Below, one piece after another: positions 36,206 through 42,784 of a stretch of DNA of 42,784 nucleotides. This DNA comes from a virus (lineage: Duplodnaviria; Caudoviricetes). The stretch is from positions 1-42,784 of IMG/VR virus record IMGVR_UViG_3300033076_001140. One strand, 5' to 3'. The notes beneath the pieces are model-generated. The model saw only the letters and a program-made list of their open reading frames with translations, ran no database searches and had not been told where the DNA came from. A program made the translations under genes and the position numbers. The stretch's first letter is position 1. Every line of letters starts with the position of its first letter.

Positions 36206-37179
36206 GCGGGACAACGACGACGGCTGTGGCCGTGAATTTCAAGCCAGAGGACTACCAGAAGAAGCAGTCCTTGGACGTCATCAAGCGGATGGGCGCCGGC
36301 ATCGCCGCCAGCGTCAACGATGCCTTGCCCGCCTTCATGCGAGGGCAGGCAACGCCGATGCTTCGGGCCTTGTACACCGAATGCACGAAGACTCCGAAGC
36401 TCCTCGAATGCACCCCGGCCAGCCTGTTCGGGGCGGTCATCCAATGCGGCCAGATGGGATTGCAACTCGGCGGGGCTCTCGGCCAGGCGTACCTGATCCC
36501 GTTCAAGGGGCAGGCGAACCTGATCGTCGGCTACAAGGGCTTGGTCCAACTGGTCAACCGCTCGGGCCAGGTCGGCGTGATCTCCGCCCGCACGGTCTAC
36601 GATTCGGACGCCTTCCAAATGGAGTATGGGTCGAACCCGAAGATCGACCACAAGCCCAAGGTCTACACAAGCCTGGAGGACGTCCAGAAGCGCAGGGCGG
36701 TCGGCTACTACGCGACCTGCCAAACGAAGTCGGGGGCGACCTTCTTCTACCTGTCCTACTTCGAGGCGGTCGAGCATCGCCGCAAGTTCGCGATGATGAA
36801 ATCCGGCGGACCCTGGGACCAACACTTCGACGCGATGGCGATGAAGACCTGCATCCGGATGCTTTGCAAGGCCCTGCCCATGTCCGCCGAGGTGCAGACC
36901 GCCGTTCACGTAGATGAAATGGCCGAGACCGACAGCGGCAACGGTTCGGACCTGTCCTTCATCTTCGCCGCCTCGGTCGAGCACGAGACCATCGACGTCA
37001 CGCCCAAGAGCCAGGCCGAACAACTTGCCGACCGATTGCAGAACGCGACGGGCGCGGGCGACAAGCCCGACGCCAGGAAGGAACTCGAAAAGATCGAAAA
37101 GGAACTCTCCGCCGGCAAGGGCGGGACGTTGCCCGGCATGGACGCGGGCCGGCGGGAGAAGGACGCGTCGAGGATGTGA
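36202..37179 (+). CDS. recT: RecT-family single-strand annealing protein
   Basis: CTPASLFGA, GQAYLIPF, IVGYKGLVQL, PWDQHFDAMAMKT. Confidence 0.93.
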   Translation: MSGTTTTAVAVNFKPEDYQKKQSLDVIKRMGAGIAASVNDALPAFMRGQATPMLRALYTECTKTPKLLECTPASLFGAVIQCGQMGLQLGGALGQAYLIPFKGQANLIVGYKGLVQLVNRSGQVGVISARTVYDSDAFQMEYGSNPKIDHKPKVYTSLEDVQKRRAVGYYATCQTKSGATFFYLSYFEAVEHRRKFAMMKSGGPWDQHFDAMAMKTCIRMLCKALPMSAEVQTAVHVDEMAETDSGNGSDLSFIFAASVEHETIDVTPKSQAEQLADRLQNATGAGDKPDARKELEKIEKELSAGKGGTLPGMDAGRREKDASRM

Positions 37180-37203
37180 CGCGCAGGGCACGGACGCCCA
37201 TGT

Positions 37204-37268
37204 GCGGACGGTCAGGTGACGGGCGGGGCTCATTCCCCCGCCTCCGGGTTCGATTCCCGGCGTCCGCT
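37204..37268 (+). ncRNA. Atypical tRNA-like element (CAT loop, reduced D arm)
   Basis: Acceptor GCGGACG/CGTCCGC, T arm CCGGG-TTCGATT-CCCGG, 7-bp stem with CTCATTC loop. Confidence 0.55.
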
Positions 37269-37349
37269 TTCGCGGCAACATCGCCGCACCCCGGCCCGCC
37301 GTTCGTATCTTGCGGCGGCCGGGTTTTGAACCATCAAGAGGCAGGCACC

Positions 37350-37631
37350 ATGAGAAAGCGCATCGCGGACTTTTTGGAAAGCCTATCGTTCCGCATCCGC
37401 CCGTTGCCCATCGGCGCGGTCCGCATCGCCACCAGGCCCGTCGCCGGGGCGGTCTACGTCATCATCCAATACGACACGCATTCGCACACGCTGGCCATCA
37501 CCACAAGCGAGTCGGACAGGGTGGCCGAGTCGTTCCTTCAATCCGCATCGGTTGCCCGCCTGGACGACGAGCGGCCGAAAATCACGGCCGGCCGGCTGCC
37601 GGCGAACGGAGGTGTATCGTGCCAAAAGTGA
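37350..37631 (+). CDS. Hypothetical protein
   Basis: RBS, operon context. Confidence 0.55.
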   Translation: MRKRIADFLESLSFRIRPLPIGAVRIATRPVAGAVYVIIQYDTHSHTLAITTSESDRVAESFLQSASVARLDDERPKITAGRLPANGGVSCQK

Positions 37632-37894
37632 ACATACGATCCCAAACAAGGCTGGCGTATGAAGCCGATTTGCCGCTTTCCTTGGAGCAGATCTATACGG
37701 GTTGCCTGCTACGCATCGCCGACGCATCCGAGGCAATGGCGAAAAACTATGTCGCCTTGCAAAACGACTGCGACACTTACAAGCGGTTTTATGAGCGCGA
37801 GAAAGCCGAAGTCAAACGTCTTAGGAGATCCATTGCGGCCCTTCGCGGCCTGCTGAAAAAGCACAAGGCGAACGGAGGTGCCCCGTGCCATTAA
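37619..37894 (+). CDS. Hypothetical coiled-coil protein flanked by direct repeats
   Basis: GCLLRIADASEAMAKNY motif; AT-richer than neighbours. Confidence 0.6.
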   Translation: MPKVNIRSQTRLAYEADLPLSLEQIYTGCLLRIADASEAMAKNYVALQNDCDTYKRFYEREKAEVKRLRRSIAALRGLLKKHKANGGAPCH

Positions 37895-38283
37895 ACACCG
37901 CCGACATTGGCTCCAAGCACCTGCTGCCATCCGCCGAGTTGGGCGGGCTGTTCGCCTCGGTCATGCCGGACACGACACGCCGGAAGCATGGCGGCAACGA
38001 TGCGAGCAACGACGCTCACGAGAAGACGGCGCGAGTCGCCCGCTGGCATTACCAGATGATCCTGGAACGGCTCGCCATCGCCGGCCCCACCGGGATGACC
38101 TGCCGCGAGTTCATGGAGTGGTTCAACCTCCACCGCCTCCCCACCGGTGCGAAGCCGAAGGGCATGAACCATTTTTCCGCCCGGTTCACGGAACTGGCGG
38201 ATCAAGGCAAGATCCGCGCGGCGGGCGACAAGGTCCGTCGCGAGGGGTGCGGGGTTTGGATCCTCTCGGAGTCCACCAAATGA
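37885..38283 (+). CDS. Hypothetical winged-helix protein
   Basis: GMTCREF..FSARFTELADQGKI. Confidence 0.6.
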   Translation: MPLNTADIGSKHLLPSAELGGLFASVMPDTTRRKHGGNDASNDAHEKTARVARWHYQMILERLAIAGPTGMTCREFMEWFNLHRLPTGAKPKGMNHFSARFTELADQGKIRAAGDKVRREGCGVWILSESTK

Positions 38284-38513
38284 AGACCGACCGGAAGAAG
38301 GCCGATTGCCAGCGTGCCCATGACCGGCCTTGCCCGCGCTGCGGGCGGCTGTTCGATTCATCGGTGCTCATGGAGACGGGATGCTGCGGATTCTGCGACG
38401 CGGCATTCGCGGACTCCGCGCCAACCTGCCGGTACTGCTGGCGGCGGACCCACAACGCCGCGGGCGTCTGCACCCATTGCATCAACGGGAACCAAACGGG
38501 AGCCGCCGCATGA
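38280..38513 (+). CDS. Small Zn-finger-like protein
   Basis: Four CxxC pairs. Confidence 0.55.
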   Translation: MKTDRKKADCQRAHDRPCPRCGRLFDSSVLMETGCCGFCDAAFADSAPTCRYCWRRTHNAAGVCTHCINGNQTGAAA

Positions 38514-38677
38514 ACCCGGACGAATGGCTACGGGCAGTTGCCCGCCGAGGCGTGCCCGACAACCTCGTGATGCAAGCGGCGGCCATCATCCAGGCCCAGC
38601 GCGAAATGATCGGGAAGATGGCCGAACGCATCGACGTAATGCGGGAAATCTTGGCGAAGCGGGCAGAGAAGAAATGA
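38510..38677 (+). CDS. Hypothetical protein
   Basis: ATGA coupling. Confidence 0.5.
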   Translation: MNPDEWLRAVARRGVPDNLVMQAAAIIQAQREMIGKMAERIDVMREILAKRAEKK

Positions 38678-38874
38678 ACCTGTTCGAAACGAAGCCGGAC
38701 TACGACGCGATGCGGAACCGCCCGCTGACCTTCGCCGAGGCGATGGCCATCCAGAGGCTGTCGGCGGATGAACGGCGATGCGTCCCCTACGCGGTCCAGG
38801 TAGCGGCCGGCCGGAGGCTGATCGAGGAGTTGGCGGTCCCGCCATCGGAGGCGGAGTTCCACAAGTTCGCGTGA
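38674..38874 (+). CDS. Hypothetical protein
   Basis: ATGA coupling. Confidence 0.5.
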   Translation: MNLFETKPDYDAMRNRPLTFAEAMAIQRLSADERRCVPYAVQVAAGRRLIEELAVPPSEAEFHKFA

Positions 38875-38902
38875 ACGACCATCACACCAAGGAGCAAGCA
38901 GC

Positions 38903-39820
38903 ATGGCGAGGAAAATGGAAGAGCAGGAAGTGATCGAACCGGACCTCGAAAAGGTCCTGGAGCAGGAATCCGAAGCGGACGCCGCCGCGGCCGGGTCGGA
39001 ACCTGACACCGATGAAACGGCCGAGATCGATTACGGCAGCCCGGAGCAAATCGCGATCTACGACGCGGCGACCGTCGAGCAGGTCAATGCCAAGGAAGTC
39101 ATCGTCGCGGAACTCGAAGCCGAGTGGAAGGCCAAGCATTCCGCGGCCTCGGAAGCGAAGAAGGAATTCGAAGCGGCCGAGCTATCCCTGCGGAAACTGA
39201 TCCGGGAGCGGAAGGACCAACGCGGCAAGGCACCGCCCAAGGTCCAGCAGGAGATTCCGTTCGAGGGGGACGACGATTCCGGCGACCACGATCCAGCGGA
39301 CCCTTCGGAGTTCACCAACGACGGATCGGCGCTCGGCCAACTCTACGAGAAGTACCCGATCACGTTCGACCGCTGGGGGCGCTGGGGCCTCACCGCCAAG
39401 GATGTGGAGAAGCTCAACGGCGGCGAGACGAAGGAGCACGGCACACACCCGATCCTCGTCCTGGGCGACGTGTCGAAGTTCATCACCCCCAACCCCGCCA
39501 ACCCAAGCTATGCCCGCACGCTGAAGGATTTCAAGGGCCTCGGCGACAAGGGGTTCGACCGGTGGCAGGAGGCGGAGCTGCTGTTCTGGAAGTGGTGGAA
39601 CGACGGCGGCGCGGTGGAGTTCGCCAAGGAAATGGGGGTCGGCAATGGGAATGAATCTGCCGCCGGAACTGGAAGCGAAGGTGCTGGCGATGGCGAGCAG
39701 AGTGACTCCGGCGAAGCCGATCCTGTCGTCCAAGGCCGCGACATTGAAGCCGAGTTCGCCGCCGATGAAGCCGTGCGGAAGGCCGACGGGAAGCCCAAGC
39801 GGAAGAGGAAAGCGGCCTAA
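38903..39820 (+). CDS. Acidic hypothetical protein
   Basis: AAGGAG RBS; coiled coil; possible HhH-like DFKGLGDKG. Confidence 0.7.
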   Translation: MARKMEEQEVIEPDLEKVLEQESEADAAAAGSEPDTDETAEIDYGSPEQIAIYDAATVEQVNAKEVIVAELEAEWKAKHSAASEAKKEFEAAELSLRKLIRERKDQRGKAPPKVQQEIPFEGDDDSGDHDPADPSEFTNDGSALGQLYEKYPITFDRWGRWGLTAKDVEKLNGGETKEHGTHPILVLGDVSKFITPNPANPSYARTLKDFKGLGDKGFDRWQEAELLFWKWWNDGGAVEFAKEMGVGNGNESAAGTGSEGAGDGEQSDSGEADPVVQGRDIEAEFAADEAVRKADGKPKRKRKAA

Positions 39821-40118
39821 GTTCCGCAACGTGAAGACCGTCGTGGACGGCCGCACGTTCGACTCGAAGCGGGAGGCGGCCCGCTACGAGGCCCTAAGGG
39901 GAGACCAAAGGGCCGGACGAATATCCGGCCTCCGCCTGCAGGTAAGGATCCCGCTGAAAGCCGGAGGGGTGATTGTCGCCAGGTACGTCGCGGATTTTGT
40001 CTACGTCCGCGGCGGCCGGCAGGTGATCGAGGACTGCAAAGGGATGCGGACCGCGATGTACCGGCTCAAGCGGAAGTGGATCAAGGCGCAATACGGAATC
40101 GAGATCCTGGAGACATGA
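39645..40118 (+). CDS. DUF1064 family (PD-(D/E)xK, resolvase-like) nuclease
   Basis: KFRNVKTVVDGRTFDSKREA..YVADFVY..IEDCKG..YRLKRK. Confidence 0.88.
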   Translation: MGMNLPPELEAKVLAMASRVTPAKPILSSKAATLKPSSPPMKPCGRPTGSPSGRGKRPKFRNVKTVVDGRTFDSKREAARYEALRGDQRAGRISGLRLQVRIPLKAGGVIVARYVADFVYVRGGRQVIEDCKGMRTAMYRLKRKWIKAQYGIEILET

Positions 40119-40414
40119 TGGCGGCGATGTGTTCGAACTGTGGAATCAAGCGGGTCTCGCGGCCTCGTGGGCTTTGTTGGGGCTGCTACTACCACCCAGG
40201 CGTGAAGGACCGCCACGAGGTTGCCAGCAAGTTCTGCCAGCACGGCCACGGAACGAGCATCGATGCGGTCCTCCCGCCGGACGAGCCAACCAAAGCGTTG
40301 CCAGGAAGCCCGGAGAAGATCGAGGCCCTGCGGTCGCGGGCCGCTAGAGGGATGGGACTGTGGCACCCGGACGACGCCACGTTCGAAAAAGGAGCAACGC
40401 ATGAGGATCGTTAA
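40115..40414 (+). CDS. Zn-finger hypothetical protein
   Basis: CSNC..RGLCWGCY, PTKALPGSPEKIEAL..R..LWHPDD. Confidence 0.7.
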   Translation: MMAAMCSNCGIKRVSRPRGLCWGCYYHPGVKDRHEVASKFCQHGHGTSIDAVLPPDEPTKALPGSPEKIEALRSRAARGMGLWHPDDATFEKGATHEDR

Positions 40415-40613
40415 GGCCGAATACCTTGCCCCCCGCCTGAACGCGAGCGGCAACCACGAGTGCTTTGTGTACCTGGAGGACCGGCCGCGGCGCCCGATCG
40501 AGCTGGCGGGGGCAGACGAGATCCGCGACTTCCTCCACCTGCACGGGGTCAAGAAGGTTTCGGAACTGAAGGGCAAGGAATTGAACGCGGACCTGGAAGG
40601 GGTCCTGGCGTAA
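40401..40613 (+). CDS. Hypothetical protein
   Basis: AAGGAG RBS. Confidence 0.55.
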   Translation: MRIVKAEYLAPRLNASGNHECFVYLEDRPRRPIELAGADEIRDFLHLHGVKKVSELKGKELNADLEGVLA

Positions 40614-40660
40614 ACGAAGGGCGGCAAGCCAAGGATCGACACCAAGAGGCGGGAAGGAAG

Positions 40661-41605
40661 ATGGCGAAGAACAAGGACAAAGTGGACGCGTATATGCCGT
40701 GGTGGATCGGCGATTACCTCGCCGACACCACGCATCTGACGACCGAGCAGCACGGCGCTTACCTCCTGCTGATCGCCTCCTACTGGCGAAACGGCGGCCC
40801 ATTGGACGCCGATGAGAAACGCCTGGCCGCCACATGCCGCATGACGGCAGGGCAATGGAAGCGCAGCCGGGACACCGTCCTTGCCTTCTTCCGAAGGGAA
40901 AACGGGATGCTCCACCACAAGCGGATCGACGCCGAACTGAACCGGGCCAACGAGAGGAAGGCGGCGGCGAGACGCAGTGCGGACGCACGCTGGAGGACAT
41001 CCGAAACGGATGCGAACGCAATGCGAACGCATAACCAACGCATATGCGAAACGGATGCGGAAGCGATGCCGAAACGATGCTCTTCATCACCATCACCAGA
41101 ATCAGAACCAAATACAGAAGAGTTTTCTGATAGTTCGACGTCGAAAAAAGTGGGTGTTTTGGGGACGCCGCCGCCGGAATACGGCCAAACGGTTTGGGCA
41201 ATGGCTGACAATCCGCCGATTCCGCCGCCGCTGGACAGCGTGGCTGGATTCGCGGCGGCGTGGGAAGAATATCTCTCGCACGTCAACGGCAAAGGCAGGC
41301 CGCTGACGCAGGCCCAGGCCCGCCGCCTGCTGGCTCGTCTGACGTTTGAGCCCGACAAGGCGGTGCAGTGCCTTGAGCATTCCATCGAACGCGGATGGCT
41401 TCGCGTCAAAACGTTTGTCGAGGTCGAGATCGACCGACGCAACGAATCGCAACGGGCGGACGGTCCGCCGCGTGGCAGACACATCACGCGCGGCGAGGCC
41501 CAGGACGCCTACGTCCTCGAATCGATCGCCGCGATGGCGGCAAGAAAGGAAGTGGAGCATGCGGGAAGTGAAAACGGGCGGCCCGGTCTCGCCCTCGTCG
41601 GCTGA
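40661..41605 (+). CDS. DUF1376/YdaU-family replication initiator
   Basis: YMPWWIGDYLADTTHLTTEQHGAYLLLI..YW, HKRIDAEL, A.ARW; C-terminal SIERGW. Confidence 0.88.
   Translation: MAKNKDKVDAYMPWWIGDYLADTTHLTTEQHGAYLLLIASYWRNGGPLDADEKRLAATCRMTAGQWKRSRDTVLAFFRRENGMLHHKRIDAELNRANERKAAARRSADARWRTSETDANAMRTHNQRICETDAEAMPKRCSSSPSPESEPNTEEFSDSSTSKKVGVLGTPPPEYGQTVWAMADNPPIPPPLDSVAGFAAAWEEYLSHVNGKGRPLTQAQARRLLARLTFEPDKAVQCLEHSIERGWLRVKTFVEVEIDRRNESQRADGPPRGRHITRGEAQDAYVLESIAAMAARKEVEHAGSENGRPGLALVG
41002..41160. other. Putative replication origin (iterons plus AT-richer tract)
   Basis: CGAAACGGATGCG x2 and ATGCGAACGCA x2 inside the initiator gene, followed by an A/T-richer stretch. Confidence 0.55.
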
Positions 41606-41981
41606 CCCGTTCGCGGCGATGCCGCCGATCCTCGGCGAGCCGTTGCTGCGGCTGTGGGCGATGAATCAGGACCTCTACCCGGGCAAGATGCCGCTGGCAG
41701 CCCTGGTGCTGGCCTTCCGCGGCGAGGAGGATGTGACGGACCGCGAGCTGGCCGAGATCCTGCATTCGATGGGCAGGCCGGAGGCGATCAAGGGGTTCCG
41801 CTTCGCGGCCGACCTCAAGTGCCACCTGGCCGCCGAGGTCGCGGAGATCCGCAGGAGGAAGAGGGAGGCCCGCAATCTCCAACGCATCCGAGCGACTGGG
41901 CGGGCGCCGCAGGCGGAAGCGGACTGCTTCACTTCCATCGCGGAGCAGGCGAAGCGACGGGCGCAGCAGAGGGCCGGCTGA
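41559..41981 (+). CDS. Hypothetical protein (helicase-loader position)
   Basis: Overlaps the 3' end of the initiator gene. Confidence 0.55.
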   Translation: MREVKTGGPVSPSSADPFAAMPPILGEPLLRLWAMNQDLYPGKMPLAALVLAFRGEEDVTDRELAEILHSMGRPEAIKGFRFAADLKCHLAAEVAEIRRRKREARNLQRIRATGRAPQAEADCFTSIAEQAKRRAQQRAG

Positions 41982-42006
41982 TCCAGCGGCGAAGGAGTGC
42001 AACAAG

Positions 42007-42426
42007 ATGACCAAATTTAGCAAGAACGACATCGTTCGATTTTTCGACCGGAAGCAAGGCCACTGTCTCGGCCTGTGCAAGGGCTACACCGGCACGGGCA
42101 AAGTGCGAATCGAATGGATGCGGAACGAAAACGCACCCGTGAAGGTGAGACGCGAAGAAGAATCCGAGGTGACGCTGTGGGCCACCGGCGAACAGATCGA
42201 CCGGGATGCCGCGGAGGAGAACGCCTACTACCGGACCTTCGCAACCGCTGGGTTGATGACGCCGGAACAACGGGCTGCGGTTGTCAAAAACAGCGCGAAG
42301 CGACGCCCGGTCTATCAGCGGTACTACGCCAAGTTGAAGAACGACCCGGAACGATACCAGCGTCGGCTTGCGGCCCGGAACGAAAGGCGAAAGAAGCAAC
42401 AGCAACGGAAAGGGAGTGCGGCGTGA
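42007..42426 (+). CDS. Hypothetical basic protein
   Basis: AAGGAG RBS. Confidence 0.6.
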   Translation: MTKFSKNDIVRFFDRKQGHCLGLCKGYTGTGKVRIEWMRNENAPVKVRREEESEVTLWATGEQIDRDAAEENAYYRTFATAGLMTPEQRAAVVKNSAKRRPVYQRYYAKLKNDPERYQRRLAARNERRKKQQQRKGSAA

Positions 42427-42605
42427 ACGAAAAGGAACTCAAACAGGAAATCGACCGAGGATGGAAACTCTACCAAGCCGAGAAAACCGTCTTCGCCGCC
42501 CTGCATCCGAGCAGGATCGGCGACAACGGACCAACCGAGGAAGAAAACCGGGCAGCGTGGACGCTTGCGAAGGCGTGGCTGGACCAGAAAGGATGGATGG
42601 GATGA
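42423..42605 (+). CDS. Hypothetical protein
   Basis: GTGA coupling, GGGAG RBS. Confidence 0.5.
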   Translation: MNEKELKQEIDRGWKLYQAEKTVFAALHPSRIGDNGPTEEENRAAWTLAKAWLDQKGWMG

Positions 42606-42784
42606 GCACGACAACGGAAAGCAAGATCGAGTGGACGGACTACACCTTCAACCCCTGGCGTGGTTGCACCAAGGTCAGCGAGGGCTGCCGCAACTGCTAT
42701 GCGGCCACGCTGTCGGGACGGAACCACAGGACGCTTGGCCAGTGGGGGCCTGGTGGCACGCGCGTGGTGGCGGCGGAATCATAC
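42602..42784 (+). CDS. Phage Gp37/Gp68 (DUF5131) protein, N-terminal part
   Basis: MSTTTESKIEWTDYTFNPWRGCTKVSEGCRNCYA; exactly 61 codons, continuing into WKNPLKWDR at base 1. Confidence 0.92.
   Translation, partial: MSTTTESKIEWTDYTFNPWRGCTKVSEGCRNCYAATLSGRNHRTLGQWGPGGTRVVAAESY

Noticed and set aside
1-42784. CRISPR array, rRNA, IS transposase, or contractile-tail sheath
   Set aside because: No regularly spaced repeat-spacer units, rRNA-like segments, transposase motifs or sheath-sized gene recognised; head genes are Mu-like but integration is by a tyrosine integrase

Overview
The window looks like a complete, circularly closed ~42.8 kb high-GC temperate tailed phage genome. The DUF5131 gene runs in frame from 42602 across the end into base 1, and an unsplit tRNA-Lys-type attP precedes the integrase. 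A Planctomycetota host is inferred from protein style, not proven. Gene order: DUF5131 / QueF-like / DpdA-like modification cluster; phage sigma factor; terminase; portal-MuF fusion; protease/scaffold; decoration; capsid; neck; tail tube; frameshifted chaperones; tape measure; an antisense moron island; tail-tip genes; LRR protein; a papain-peptidase module in the lysis position; attP-int-xis-repressor switch; CsrA; YqaJ/RecT; DUF1064; DUF1376 replication initiator. The most striking feature is a 278-aa intein splitting the MuF NCRC motif. It has no recognisable endonuclease in its own frame, but it carries a complete HTH + DUF559/Vsr-like endonuclease ORF on the opposite strand, with both frames open. 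Also notable: four exactly spaced copies of a bipartite late promoter (TTCARYT-N13-GCGAATAGTTA) probably read by the phage sigma factor, three apparently giving leaderless mRNAs; cassettes flanked by RBS-containing direct repeats; and an atypical tRNA-like element. All product calls come from motif recognition by eye; no database searches were run.
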